64,000 nucleotides of DNA from Octopus sinensis (GCF_006345805.1 NC_043025.1:14322001-14386000), one strand, 5' to 3'. Positions 11,740 to 26,215 are shown, counted from the stretch's first letter. Notes: generated by a model not told the origin, from the letters alone. Made by a program: numbers and translations.

Positions 11740-11935
11740 CGTCGGTTTCTTTGTAATCCAAGCGTCAGGAGTTCGATTCCTGCACGAGTCAGCAGAACGG
11801 GGAACAGCTTTTACGTAACACCGTCATTGTCAGCGTCACCTAGCGGCGGTGACGATGGCAAACCTTTCCCCTCTCGACTTCTGTTCCGTCGAGTTTCACT
11901 TCGGAACAAAAAGCGATGTTATTACTTCCTGGATA
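11740..11935 (-). promoter_or_regulatory. CpG-rich promoter/5' leader of the ORF1-ORF2 locus
   Basis: CpG-dense island with TTACGTAA (11811-11818), four CGTCA/TGACG half-sites, ETS-like ACTTCCTG (11924-11931) and a 12-aa uORF (11827-11789). Confidence 0.45.
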
Positions 11936-11940
11936 CACTA

Positions 11941-12281
11941 AACACACACACACACACGCACACACACATACACACGCACACACACACACACACAGACGCA
12001 CACACAGACACGCGCGCACATACACACACACACGCACACACACATACACACACGCACACATACACACACACACATACGCGCGCACATACACACACACACG
12101 CACACACACACATACACACACGCACACATACACACACACACATACGCGCGCACATACACACTCACACATACACACACATACACACACGCACACACACACA
12201 CACGCGCGCACATACACACACATACACACTCACACACAGACGCACACACACGCGCGCACATACACACACACACACACACAC
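11941..12281. repeat. Compound (CA)n/(CG)/(TA) microsatellite
   Basis: About 340 bp of CA-dominated dinucleotide repeat. Confidence 0.95.
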
Positions 12282-12864
12282 TTTTTAACGGAACAACGTT
12301 GAACGTTAGAATAATGACTGTAAAACGACATTTTATAGATTTCTCCAACACAAGAACGACTGATGGAGTTTTTATTGGCAGCATGTGTTATGATCGGAGA
12401 CATTCCGACTGTGACCATCCTGTCTTATATTCAGGCATAGTGTATCTAGGACTACATTATCTAATGTGTCCTGCCTTGTTGTTTAGCCCCAGGTCAGTCC
12501 TGATCCAGTAGGCCTATGATCAAAGATGTTCCACCTGTGACCATCCCGTCTTTTTTTCAGGCATAGTGTATGTAGGACTACATTATCTAATGTGTCCTTT
12601 GCTGCTATTGCTTTTTAGCCCCAGGTCAGCCCTGATCCAGCAGACATTTGATAAAAAATGCACAAGAGCCTGTGTGTGTGTGTGTTTGCTTCACAACCAA
12701 CGTTGTGGGAAGGAAGAATTTGATTGATGACTTTGTAGAAAATACTCTAGCAAGTCAGGAACCGAGGGAACTGACTTGTTGTATTGACAATCCAGAGTGG
12801 CCTCCACAGCTGGCTGCTCTGGTACTGGAAAGAAGGGAATTTTTCTACTTAACAGACTCCTTTT

Positions 12865-13185
12865 AATAATAATAATAATAATAATAATAATTGTGTACAG
12901 TGCTCAGGTGCACTACAACTCGTCTAAAGTGTATGTATAATCAGGTGTAGTTTCGGAGGATTTTGGAAAGCATGAGGGCCTTAAAGGATGCAGTGTCATG
13001 GCAGTCAACAACTGATGCTGGCAGTTTATTCCATGCTTCAGCAACTCTGAGCGTGAAAAAATGTTTCCGAAAGTCATGGAAGGAGCTGTGCTGTTTTCTG
13101 ACTTTGTAGGCATGTCCACGTGTGTTAGACACATGGAGATCAAAAAGGTGTTCAGTGTTGTTGTTAAGGAAGGACTACAGATTTC
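12865..13185 (-). mobile_element. CR1-type LINE 3' end (single copy) with (ATT)n tail
   Basis: Translation [37 protein letters not shown] is typical of a CR1 ORF2 C-terminus; the (TAA)n run lies at 12865-12891. Confidence 0.8.
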
Positions 13186-13859
13186 TCCATGGGGGCCCCG
13201 ACTTGCTGGTGTGGGGTTGCTTGAAGTATTAGAGGTTTATTGCCTCAATATGGGTTAAATTTGTAATGGATTTCTTAGTCCAAATAAATTGAAAAATTGT
13301 AAGAGGGTTAATACCTCAATGAATGTGAAAGAACAATGTTATAGAGAAGCAGAGGGTCGGAGGGTGCTTTCTGTCTTCTCTCATCCTTATCAATCTCGTA
13401 TCATTATCATTCATTCCATTAATGTCTTGTCCAGCCCTTTATGACAAATTTGATGAAATAAAGTAGCTTGCTTACCAACCACATGGTTCTGAGTTCATTC
13501 CCAGTGTGTGGCATCTTGGGCAAGTGTCTTCTAATAAGCCCCAGGCCAGCTGAAATCTTGTGAGTGGACTAATAGACAGAAACTGTCTACTAAATCATAA
13601 GGCGGCAAGCTGGCAGAAACGTTAGTATGGTGGGTGAAATGCTTAGTGGTATTTCGTCTGCCATTACATTCTGAGTTCAAATTCTGCTGAGGTCGACTTT
13701 GCCTTTCATCCTTTCGGGGTTGATTAAATAAGTACCAGTTATGCACTGGGGTCGATATAATCGACTTAATCCGTTTGTCTGTCCTTGTTTGTCACCTCTG
13801 TGTTTAGCCCCTTGTGGGCAATAAAGAAATAAGAAAAGTTAAGGAAAAGAGGGATTAAA

Positions 13860-14100
13860 TGAGCCATGCCGGAGAGGGGGGAATGCGATGGTTTGGGTGT
13901 GTGATGAGTATGAATAAAGACAGCTGCGTATAGAAGTGTCTGTCACTGAAATTGGATGGTACCCGTGGAAGAGGTAGACCCAGGAAGACACGGGATGAAG
14001 TGGTGAGAACTGATCTCAGGATCTTAGGGCTCGCAGAGGAAATGACAATGGTTTGAGATGCCTGGCAATATGAGGTTCTAGTGAAAATCCGTTCACGAAG
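13860..14100 (+). mobile_element. RTE-clade LINE ORF C-terminal remnant
   Basis: Reads GTRGRGRPRKTRDEVVRTDLRILGLAEEMT with in-frame stops, the typical RTE tail motif. A related copy lies at ~59703-59900. Confidence 0.7.
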
Positions 14101-15351
14101 CAGAGTCGTGTCCCACCCACATGTAACAACACACTCCACCCCTAGAAACCGAACTACCCTTCCTCTTCTGAACTGCATCTTTCTCTTCCTCACATTTCCT
14201 GCTCATAATCTACGATTGTTTTCCAATCCCCTTTCTTGCTCTGCTCACTGTATCCCCACTCCTCCCACCCTATTTTTCTACCCAGGTTCTATGCTAAGAT
14301 CCTTGTTATTTGTGAGTAAACCCTAGCACTCTCTTACACTTTTGCTGTTTCCTACTCTCTCTCTCTCTCTCTCTCTTTCCCTTGGTCCCTCTCTTTCTAC
14401 TTCGCTTGTTTTTCCTCTGACTCAGGAACCAAGTATCTCTTTTACGTCAGCACCCTTGTTTCTGGCCCCTTTCTTGTACCTCTCTCTTACCCTTAATCTC
14501 TCTCTCTGGCTAACCATGTACCTCCTCTATAGCAAGACACCTATTTCTGCCTCTCTATTTCTCTGTCACACTAACCTATCATCATCTGCTTCTAGATCAC
14601 CTCATCTATTGGCCCCTAAGTTGTGGCATGACACCTGCTTCTGTCTCTCAGTCACACTCTAACCTTCCACCCTTTAATACAAGTCTCCCTCCTCAAATCC
14701 CCTGCCCCTCTCATAATTCTTTGTCTTGCAAATTATTTGGTGACCCTGCAGGTGCTGGTGCCCTGTAAAAAGCATCCAGTCCGTACTGTTAAGTGGTTGG
14801 CATTTGGAAGGGCATCCAACCTTAAAATCCTTGCCAAAACAGACACAGTAGCCTAGGGTAGCTTTTCTACCTGGCTGGCTCTTGTCAACCATCCTACTCA
14901 TGCATGCATATATATATATATGTAGGTCAAAATTCTAGATCAGAAATGTTCAGTGGTTGCATGCATATGTATAAATATAGTCTGAAGAACTGGAAAATTC
15001 CACTTATTCTGGACTGACTTCATATCTTTCCACTTAAGGTCCAAGGGAGATAACCCCTTTACCTTTTTTCCTTTATTTTTTTTCCACATTTTAGTTTTTG
15101 TGCTTTTATTTTCTGATTTTTGTTTTTTGCTTTCTGTGTTTTTCTAAATTCTGCCTTCTCAGTTTTTTTCGTGTTTCTTGTATTATTCAATGTTTCTCCT
15201 GGTTTGCACCTGAAGAATATGTCTGTGGTATTTCTCATCATCTGAAACTATTAGTAGCACTAAAATACATGTATTCTGACCTAATAAAGTACATTTATCT
15301 CTCACCAAATGGAGAACCTATTTTGTTGAATTTTCTGTCATGGAATGGTAC

Positions 15352-15426
<75 letters not shown>

Positions 15427-15476
15427 TATATATAGCATGGAAAACGGACGCTAAACGATGATGATGATGATGATGA

Positions 15477-16046
15477 TATTGGGTTGTCAGGAAAGTTTGT
15501 GCTGATTGATAGTAGCTTACCTTTCAACTTATTTTAGAAGCTGGTTGAGTCCCTAAAACAGGATTTGACTACACCTCCATTTAGAGCACAGTTTAAGCTA
15601 TCTTTTCGTGGAAGAAGGTTTATGTTCCTATAACCTGTGTTAATTCTGTAACCCTTTAAAATGGAAGAAAAGGAAGTTCATTTTCAGCACTTGATGCTTT
15701 GGGAACCAGACAAAAATTGCTGCAGCTCGGCCGGGATGTGTTACCCGACCCTCCACATTCACCAGATGTTGCTCCTTCGGATTCCCACTTATTCAGGTCT
15801 CTGCAGAATAGTCTTAATGGTAAAAATTTCAATTCTTTGGATGACGTAAAAAGATACCTTGATGAATTCTTTGCCATGAAACCCCCTCAATTCTGGGAAG
15901 AGGATAATTTCAAGTTAAAGGAAAGATGGAGATGCATTGTACAACAAAAGGGTTCATATTTGGTTGATTAAAAATGTAATGGCAAGTATTTATTGACCTT
16001 TTTCTTGCCTTTAAAACTCGGCACGAACTTTCCGGACAACCCAATA
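15477..16046 (+). mobile_element. Internally deleted mariner element with both TIRs
   Basis: 29-bp TIRs (tattgggttgtcaggaaagtttgtgctga / tcggcacgaactttccggacaacccaata; 3 mismatches) with TA ends. Transposase C-terminus reads PHSPDVAPSDSHLFRSLQNSL. Confidence 0.9.
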
Positions 16047-16152
16047 TATTGTTGTATTTCAGGGTGGGCCTTTTTTTTTTTGCCAAAGAAACACACACAC
16101 TATATATTCGTCCTTCACTCACTTATTGCTGTTCTTATTCTAACTCTTGTCC

Positions 16153-16333
16153 ATTGTCCGGAAATCCTTCATCACACATCTGTGACCTCTTCAGCGACAC
16201 TTTCCATCTTCATGTGTTCTCTTGCTTCACGGATTCCATTCTCAGAATGGAATAAGCGAAGCAAGAGTACACACAAAGAGGGAAAATGTCTCTGAAGAGG
16301 TCACAGATGTGTGACAGAAGATTTCTGGACAAT
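16153..16333. mobile_element. Old foldback MITE-like hairpin (~89-bp arms)
   Basis: The arms are roughly 85% complementary around a 3-nt loop, and many mismatches look like CpG decay. Confidence 0.55.
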
Positions 16334-17739
16334 ATATGCAAGTGATTATTTGGCAAAATATAGATATAGGTGCAAGAGTGGCTGTGTGGTAAGTAGCTTG
16401 CTTACCAACCATATGGTTCTGGGTTCAGTCCCACTGCGTGGCACCTTGGGCAAGTGTCTTCTACTATAGCCTCGGGATGACCAAAGCCTTGTGAATGGAT
16501 TTGGTAGACGGAAACTGAAAGAAGCCCATCGTATATATATGTATGTGTGTGTATATGTTTGTGTATCTGTGTTTGTCCCCCACTCAACATCGCTTGATAA
16601 CTGATGCTGGTGTGCTTACGTCCCAGTAACTTAGCAGTCCAGCAAAAGAGACCGATAGAATAAGTAATAGACTTACAAAAGAATAAGTCCTGGGGTCGAT
16701 TTGCTCAACTATAAAGACGGTGCTCCAGCATGGCTGCAGTCAAATGACTGAAACTAGTAAAAGAGTAAAAGAGAGAGAGTAAAGAGTAAAAGAGTATATA
16801 TATATATGGGTAAGGTGTTGCTGCTGATGAATGTGGCTTGTAACAATCTAACGAACTAATATTAATTAAACAACAAAATATCAGAGAATTATTTTTTTTT
16901 TTAGAAGTAATGAAAACAATACAAGAGACGAAATGTGTTTTGTTGCTGGGTTAGGTTTTAATATTTAATCATATCAACAGAGAACATTTGTGTTTAAACA
17001 GTCCACATCATTCAAATAACTGAAATAAAGAAAGAAAGAAAGAAAAAGAAAGAAAAAGAGAAAAAGGGAAGAAGCATAACAATATATAAGCAAAGATATT
17101 CGTTAACACCTCGAAATAAGATTCGTCAAGATTTGATTGGCTGCAAAAATAAATAAATAAATAAATAAATAATAAATAAAAAACCAAAAAATAAAAATAA
17201 AAAAACTACATTGTCATTTGCTTATATATTGTGTCACTATTTCTCTTTGACTGTTTGTTTCTATGGTAACAAGGAATTCAGAGTAACAATCCAAGAAGCA
17301 GGCGCTTCGTATCGTAGTCGTTATGGGTACAAATTCTGTCTTTTTTTTATAACGAGGAATTGTTTCTTTGTTTGTAACAAAAAAACAAAAGTTGATCTTG
17401 TTTACGGTGGTTTTTATCAATTCAACAACCGGTTTATGAAAAGATATTTCTTTCGGGTTTTTGGGTAAGAAAGTCCCCCGACAAGGGTGAGAAGCCATTT
17501 ATTGTTAAGGGACTATGAAGAAAGAGATATTAAGATGAAAGGAATGGATTTACTTTGGACTTGAAAGAGTTCAGGTCAGAAGGATGGAAGTGATGGAGAA
17601 CAACGAACAAACACAGGAAAAAAGAAACATCTTAAAATAGACAAAAAGATGAAGACAGAGACAGCTTCTTAGAATGCTAAACAGGGAAGTTAAGTGACCT
17701 TTATATATTTCAGGCGAGAGGATATGTCATTAGAAGTGA

Positions 17740-18335
17740 GCAGCTTAGAGAAATACAAGTTCCTGATGATGGGCTTTTGTGCCCAAAATATAAAATGGTT
17801 GCTTAACTTTCCTGTTGAGCATTTTTTGTTTGTGTGTGTATTTGTGATTCCCAAATAAGGTGAGAAGCCACGAAGTGTAAGGGTCTATAAAGACAGAGTT
17901 ATTGAATTGAGAGGAACGAATTTGCTTTAGATTTGAAAGCATTCAGCTCGTAAGAAGAGGGAGAGCAATGAGATAGAAGAGTGCTCCAAAACCTGGAAGT
18001 TGAAGGAAAAAAGCTGCAGCCATAGAAAGACTTGCTTAGTTGTGGAAACACGACAACATTTGGATGAGGGCGATGTGAGTTTTGGGTCAAGTGAGAAGAC
18101 ACAGAGGGATCTGGGACTAAGAGAGGAAGTTCATCAGAGCACTTCCTGTGGCAATAACGACAGAAAAGACTAAGGCAAGTGATGTCATGGCAACGTGACA
18201 AAGGTTGCAGAGTAGAAGCAAGAGAGGGATCAGTCAAATTAGGGAGTTGCTTCTGGACCTGGTCGAGGAGATTCCTAGTGACAAGATGGTGCCTCTGCCC
18301 AAATATGACAAAAGTATTTCGTACAAGGATGAATT
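17740..18335 (-). mobile_element. LINE (CR1/L2/jockey-group) RT C-terminal remnant; second fragment at ~18900-19170
   Basis: Reads LLDQVQKQLPNLTDPSLASTLQPLSRCHDITCLSLFCRY...SFFPSTSRFWSTL, the post-RT tail of this LINE group, in degenerate form. Confidence 0.7.
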
Positions 18336-21300
18336 GTGGACTTGTCATCATCATCACCATCACCATCTGCATAATTTAATGTCCGTTTTTCCATACCAGC
18401 TCTACCCCTGGGTCTCCTGATGGTTGGCTTAGCTTGAAGTATCCATCTTGTGATTCTTCCTGCAAGATTCTAATGACATGTCCACAGTACCAGAGCTAAG
18501 GGGGTAGAGTTTTCAGGGTCCCGTCAGAATCAACCATCATTACACTTTTTCTGCTGGATTCCCAAGCAAGACCAACTGAGAATAATAATATCCAACCATC
18601 TCATTCTTGGTCCCCTCCTGGGTCTCCTGCCACTTGGCTCAGCCTCAAGAATCTGTCTTGTGATTCTTTCCTGTGACATTTTAATCACATGTCCTTAGAG
18701 CCAGAGCTGTGACCTCTCAATATTGCTAAGTGGCCCCTTGACCTGGAGAGACTCCCTGATGTCTCTACTATGCACTCTGTCGACTTCTACATCCACGTCA
18801 ATCGGTAAACCACGCTGAGCTCCAGCTGTGAGCTGTTTCCTCAGAATGTGCAGACAGGTGAAATTCTCTCTGCCAGAGATTGGCTCACACACAATCATCA
18901 AATGTGAGAAACAATTTAGTAAGGGATCGTGAAGAAGGAGCTATGGAGATGAAAGAAATGAATTTACTTTAGGCTCGAAAAAGAGTTCGGGTTATAAGGA
19001 TGGAGAGTTCCAAAGTCTGGCAGTTGAAGGGAAAGAAGCTACGGACATAGAAAGACTTGCTTAGTTGTGGGAACAGAACTGCATCTGGATGAAAATGATG
19101 AGAGTTTTGAGTCAAGTGAGAGGGCACAGAGTGATCTGGGACTAAGAGAGGAGGTTCATCAGAGCACTTCCCTAAACAACAAACCCTTAAAGACCAGAGG
19201 AGAGAGAAATATTGGAGCTCTTTGTTTTAATTCTCTGCATTCTGATATCAAACCCCCAATGAGGGCACCTTTGCCTTTCAAGCTTTTGTTGGTTGGGGTT
19301 AATAAAAAAAAACTGCTGGTCAAGTACTAGGGGACAGTTCTCATCTCTCTCTCTCTCTCAGGCTCATTAAAGGACCAAGAAAGAAGCATTCGTAGGTGCA
19401 GGAGAGGCTGAGTGGTAAGAAGTTTGCATCTCAACCAGATGGTTCTGGGTTCAGTCCCACCGCATGGCACCTTGGGCAAGCGTTTTCCACTACAGCCTTG
19501 GGCTGACCAAAGCCTTGTGAGTAGATTTGGTAGACAGAAACTGAAAGAAGCCTATATATATATATTCCTTTAGCATTTGAACTCGCCATATTTGGACCAG
19601 ATCTGTCCTTTCACACCTATCCTGCAACATCATTTTAAAAATAAACAATCACCTCATTGAAATCTCAAAGCTATGGAGATAATGTAGGATTAATTCAAAG
19701 CAATGTGGATAAATAAGGATTACATCTGGCAGAGTAATCTGGATGCTAAAGTGACATACATAGATAAGACATTGGGTGTGGTTTGAGGGAGATTTGGCTG
19801 CTATTTCTAACAGGACCAACCACCATGTAGAGGTCACCACTGTTTCTTCGTACATAGATATATAAACCTGTAGCATCGAAACCAATCATATCCGGCCCAA
19901 ATATTCTCCTTGTTTTATGTTCAGACTGGCCAGATCCAGCCTCTCACACCAACCCTACAATGTCATTCTAAAAATAAACAATCACATCGTTGAAATGTCA
20001 AAGCTATGAGATAATCCAGGATTAAGTCAAAACAATGTCAATAAATAAGGATTACATCTGGCAGAGTAATCTGGAGGCTAAAGGGGAATGTCTTAGAGAA
20101 TTTGCTACATGGAAACTGTGTAGAAGCCTGCCATATGTGTGTGCATGTGTGTGTGAGTGTGTCTTTGTCCTCCCACCACTGCTTGACAGTGTTGGTTTGT
20201 TTATATCCCCATAACTTAGTGGTTCGGCAAAAGATACTGATAAAGGAAATAAGTAACAGAGTTGGCTAAAACCCTTGAAGATAGTGCCCCAGCATGGCCA
20301 CAATGAATGAAGCAAGTAAAAGATTAAAAAAAAAAACTACTGGCTCGGATCTGATGTATCAACAAAAAATAGATAAATACAAAAAATTATAAATGAATAG
20401 GCGTAGGAGTGTTTGTGTGGTAAGTAGCTTGCTTACCAACCACATGGTTCTGAGTTCAGTCCCACTGCATGGCACCTTGGGCAAGTGTCTTCTACTATAG
20501 CCTCAGGCCGACCAGAGCCTTGTGAATGGATTTGGTAGACGGAATTGAAAGAAGCCTGTCGTATATACATACATATATATATGTATGTATGTATGTGTTT
20601 TGTATGTATGTATGTATATATATATCTATGTATGTATATGTGTATATATATGTAAATATACATGTATGTATATATATATGTGTGTATGTATGTATGTATG
20701 TGTGTGTGTGTGTATATGTTTGTGTGTCTGTGTTTGCCCTCCCCAACATCGCTTGATTAATTCAAAACAAGGCCAGATCCTGCCTCTCACACCTATCCAA
20801 CAATGTCATTCTAAAAACTAAACAATCACATCATTGAAATCTCAAAGCTATCAGATAATCCATAATTAATTCCAAACAATGGGTGTAAATAAGCAATCAC
20901 ATTTCACAGAGTAATCTGAATGATGAAGGGTTAATTAATAAAGAGAAAAACCATTAAATAATTAGGCTGCTTAACGACCTCTGTGATATTTTGCCCCTGT
21001 TCTTTTTTAACCACCAAAGTTCTTCTAATGCTGCAGAAAGTCGAACGGATGAGTGAAGAACGAGAGAGTGCCAGCACCATTCTTCCTGGATTTACGAAAT
21101 AAATGGGGTTCTTTCACATTGGAAGACTGATGGCAAGTCTTGGGGTGGGGTTTGTCTGCTTTATTTTTGCTTTTAAGACATGTTGGTCAGGGGAGGAAGG
21201 ACAGGGTCCAGCCCCAGAAGTATATGTATGATATGTGTGTATATTAGAGAAGTGGGTCCGGGTTCAGTCCCACTGCATGGCACCTTGGCAAGTGTCTTCT

Positions 21301-21668
21301 ACTATAGCCTCAAGTTGACCAAAGCCATGTGAGTGGATTTGGTAGACGGAAACTGAAAGAAGCCCATCGCATGTGTGTGTGTTTGTCCCGCCAACATCGC
21401 TTGGCAACCGATGGTGGTGCGTTTACGTCCCTGTAACTTAGTGGTTCAGCAAAAGACACCGATAGAATAAATACTAGGCTTACAAAGAATAAGTCCTGAG
21501 GTCGATTTGCTCGACTAGAGGTGGTGCTCCAGCATTGCCGCAGTCAAATGACTGGAACAGGTAAAAGAGAAAGTGTAAAAGTCTGCTGTGGCATTTTGCA
21601 GTCCCTCCCACACAATCATGTATACATACAAATACACACACACATATATATATGTAAATACATATTAA

Positions 21669-21707
<39 letters not shown>

Positions 21708-21711
<4 letters not shown>

Positions 21712-21790
21712 TGTGGACCAAAAGTTGTGCTACCATTTAATATATATTGTCATATTAATTGGTTGTGAGACTTTTGGGCCACCCTGTATA
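21708..21790. mobile_element. Tiny Tc1-like TIR element between TA repeats
   Basis: cagtgtggaccaaaagt ... acttttgggccaccctg form imperfect TIRs with TA flanks. Confidence 0.45.
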
Positions 21791-22879
21791 TATATAATAT
21801 ATATATATACAGACACACACACATGCATTACCATTGTCATCAGTCAACTCCCGTTTTCTATGCTGGCATGGATTGGATGGTTCGACAGGAGCTGGCAAGG
21901 CCAGGAGCAGCAATTGTCTGCCTTGGAAATGGTTTCTATGGCTGGATGCCCTTCTTAACACCAACCGCTTTACTGAGTGTGAAGGGTGCCTTTTTATGTG
22001 GTATCAGCACCACTGCTTTTTACTTGCCACCAGCACATGTCTATGTATATAGGCATGTATGTATATATATTGTTATATTTCGGAATGGTCATTTTGCCAG
22101 TTTAGCCAATAAAAACCCACGCACTATATATTTGGTGTTATTTTGCTTCAGTGTTATTTATTTTTTACATTAATCTTAATCTTATTAAGAGTTCTTTCGT
22201 CACACTCCTGTGACCGCATCAGTGGTCCTTTGTTTTCTTCTTTCTTATTTGTGTGTCTCTCCTTACTAACCGTCAAAATGACCATTCCGAAATATAACAA
22301 TATCTGTTTCAACACACGGCTTCACATAAAAAATCTTGCACAACAAATATATGTATATATATATATATATATGATGTTTTTCAGACCCTCCTATGCTGCT
22401 ATTTATCACACAGGGTGTTTCAGCTAAATTTGAAGAATGCTTCAATGTCTCCTTTTTCCCAAGAATGGATTGAGGCATTCATTAGCAATCTGCAGCATCT
22501 CTCTCTTTACTCTTTTACTTATTTCAGTCATTTGACTGCGGTCATGCTGGAGCACCGCCTTTAGTCAAGGAAATCGACCCCGGGACTTATTCTTTGGATG
22601 CCTAGTATACTTATTTTATCGGTCTCTTTTTGCTGAACCACTAACTTACGGGCACGTAAACACACCAGCATCAGTTGTCAAGCGATGTTGGGGGGACAAA
22701 CACAGACACACAAACACACATATATACGACGGGCTTCTTTCAGTTTCCCTCTACCAAATCCACTCACTCCTGGTTGGCCCAGGGCTATAGTAGAAGACAC
22801 TTGCCCAAGGTGCCATGCAGTGGGATTGAACACGGAACTATGTGGTTGGTAAGCAAGCTACTCACCACACAGCCACTGG

Positions 22880-23650
22880 AGAGCAGAAAGATTAAAGTCG
22901 AAGTTGAGGGAATATTAGTCGATACGGAGGACTGGAAACCATCTGAATATTGGGAAATAGTTACCTGCATCATGAGGATTCACCCTGGGTATCCAAATGC
23001 TGACATTATGGCTGCCGCTCAATGCTCTGTGGACCCTGAAGGTTGTAAGACATAACGTGGACAGCTATGGCCAGCAGGAAGGGACACAGCAGGCATTTGG
23101 GTTGTATCTACATGCTGGAATTCATCCCCATGTCTTCGAATGGGGCCTTATGCTCAATTCAGATGGCTTTGTGAAGCTGCTGGAGAATGGTCAATCCCTG
23201 GCTGGAGAGGGTTGCTTCTGGAAGGCCATATGTGTGGCAGCAGGATTTGGCTCCTTGCAATACCTTAGGAAAGAGTCAGAAATGGTTGCCAGGGGGTTTC
23301 TTCAACTTCACATGACCCAATCCCCTCGATTGTAACCCCATCGATTATTTATTACATGTGGGGGTGCTGTTGAGAAGGACCCTGCCTGTAACACCAAGGC
23401 CAAGCTGGTGGCCAAGAGGAAGCAAGTGACCAATGTCCTTACCAAGATCACAATGAAGAACATATGCGCAAGGTTCTGGCACCTTCTTGAGGCCATGTTG
23501 GAAGCTGAAGGCAGCGACTTTGAGGGAAGTGTTTCATGTTTGGATGGGAGAATGTGTTTTCTTTATCTTTTCATGCAAAGTTGTTATGGAATGGAATATG
23601 GCAACTGCATATATACACCTATATAAACCTATATATATATACAGGTCACT
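22880..23650 (+). mobile_element. maT/DD37D (Bmmar1-like) transposase pseudogene
   Basis: Frameshifted pieces read WKPSEYW..., PWLERVASGRPYVWQQDLAPC, PLDCNPIDY and RFWHLLEAMLEAEG. Confidence 0.75.
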
Positions 23651-26215
23651 TTAAAATACAAACCTTTCACTCTGCAACACTGTATATAAATTCTCTACTG
23701 GGACTACCATCTGGATGGAAACTGTGTGGAAGCCTGCCATGTGTGTGTGCATTTGCGTGTGTGTGTGTCTTTGTCCTCCCACCACTGCTTGACAGTGTTG
23801 GTTTGTTTATATCCCCATAGCTTAGTGGTTCGGCAAAAGATACTGATAGAGGAAATAAGTAACAGAGTTTGGCCAAAACCCTTGAAGATAGTGCCCCAGT
23901 ATGGCCACAATGAACATCTGGATGTGCTTTGTGCAACTAATGGAGCCTGCATCGAAGTATTCTCATATTTCCAATATCTCTTTATCGATCTCTTCCAATA
24001 AACACTGCTGAGTTAGACCTATATTTCGTTTATTACTGAATTTTTAAAATTGTAAATGTAATTTATGGACATCCTGTCTATAACATATATATACATATAC
24101 ACACTCATACAAGATGTCCTTTAATTATCTTTACAAATTCCACCATCTATCATCTAGATGTGTTACGTGCAAGCAACAGACCCCACAAGGAACTGCTCTG
24201 TTGTTTCTAAAAAAAACTCTATTTCTTTGCCCATGTTTTCCAATAAACTTGCTCAGTTATCCTAATTTGCCATTCATTTCTGAATTTTTCAAATTGTAAA
24301 AGTAATTTATGAACAAGCTGCATGCTGTCATGGTCAGAAGTTTGGGACACAGATCTGGAAATTAGAATTTTTATATTAAATACCCAAAGTTATATTTGAA
24401 TCGAATTATACTTGGGCAAAACAAGTTTAATTTTTCCAAAGAAATGTTCCAAACTTTTGGCCAAAACTGTGTGTGTATATATATTCAATAATGAGGGTGA
24501 ATAAAATTATAGATATTAATTCAATAATACCCTTATTTTAACACCAAGCGATCTAGCACAAAAAAAACGGGGATACAAATTCATATTTATCCATAAATAT
24601 TAGAGAGCCAACTTTGAATATGTTAACTCTAAGTGCTAGAAATAGACCCACAGCGCTAAGAGTACCATCCGAGCGTGATTGTTGCCAGAGCGGTTAACTG
24701 GCTTCCGTGCTGGTGGCACGTAAAAAGCTCCATTTGAGCGTGACTGTTACCTGCGTCACCTTACTGGCACTTGAGCCGGTGGCACGTGAAAAAACATTTG
24801 AGCGAGATCATTGCCGGTGCCGCTGGACTGGTTCCTGTGCAGGTGGCACATAAAAAACACCATTTGAGTGTGGCCATTGCCAGTACCGCCTGACTGGCCC
24901 TCATGCCGGCGGCATGTAAAAGCACCCACTACACTCTCGAAGTGGTTGGCGTTAGGAAGGGCATCCAGCCGTAGAAACTCTGCCAGATCAAGATTGGAGC
25001 CTGGTTCAGCCATCTGGTTCACCGGTCCTCAGTCGAATTGTCCAACCCATGCTAGCATGGAAAGCGGACGTTAAACGATGATGATGACGAAGATGTGTGT
25101 CCAACACAAAACATTGCTATATAAATAGAGTCCCTAAAATTGCTGTTTCTCAAAAAAAGGGAAGAAAATAAAGTAAAACGTAATAATCTGTCAGATGTCA
25201 ATAATGGCAGAAAGCAGCAGATCAAGTTTCAATTCCTACTCTCTCTCTTTCTTTCTTTCTTTTACTTGTTTCAGTCATTTGACTGTGGCCATGCTGGAGC
25301 ACCACCTTTAGTCGAGCAAATCGACCCCACAAGGTTCTGGGTTCAGTCCCACTGTGTGGCACCTTGGGCAAGTGTCTTCTACTATAGCTTCGGACCGACC
25401 AAAGCCTTGTGAGTGGATTTGGTAGATGGAAACTGAATGAAGCCCGTCATGTTTATGTGTCTGTGTTTGTCCATGCAACATCGCTTGACAACAGATGCTG
25501 GTTTATTTATGCCTCCGTAACTTAGCGGCTCAGCAAAAGAGATCAATAGAATAAGTACTAGGCTTACAAAGAATAAGTCCTGGGGTTGATTTGCTCGACT
25601 AAAAGGCGGTGCTCCAGCATGGCCGCAGTCAAATGACTGAAGCAAGCAATAGAGTAAAGAGTGAAAGAGTAATTAATAATCACACATACACACATACATA
25701 CTAATTAAACGATAACAGTTAATTAACCACCAACACAATAATACTAAAAAAAAACATTGATCTATGCAGAGGAAGTACAAACCAAATTCTCTCGTCTTAA
25801 CGAAGGAATGAGAGTAGATTAAAATTAACGAAGGACGTGGTATTGAGACATAATTAGATGAAGGTTTAGTTTGTAGATCTGCCCTATGTCTTCAGTGCCA
25901 GGGTTTAATTAAAACCGTTAATTGAAGTGTCTGCAATTATGGTTTAGGAATTTTTGTTTGTTTATCAAACTTTGAAATCTTTGAAAGAATAAAGAAAAAA
26001 AAATGAAATACCGTTCTTGGACTGCATCAGATGATGAGACAATAAGGATGAGGATGAGTGTAATTTTGAGGGGAGGGGGAAGTAGGTTGCCTGACCCTGA
26101 AATTGACTTCAGTGACATTTGAACTCATAACATAAAGATGAGTTAAATGACACTGATATGCTAACGAGTTTACTAGCTTGCTGCTGTAATAACAACAACA
26201 ATAGTAATAGTAGTA

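Noticed and set aside
11740-11790. tRNA gene
   Set aside because: Only a T-arm/B-box-like 3' portion is present; there is no acceptor stem, D-arm or A-box.
11801-11908. HDV-like ribozyme (GGAACAG/CTGTTCC as P1)
   Set aside because: There is no P3/L3 hairpin before P1' and no GG after it.
11428-12288. 286-aa + strand ORF
   Set aside because: It is antisense to ORF1 and then runs through the (CA)n microsatellite.
16153-16333. Pre-miRNA
   Set aside because: The arms are too long and the mismatch pattern fits CpG decay of an old MITE.
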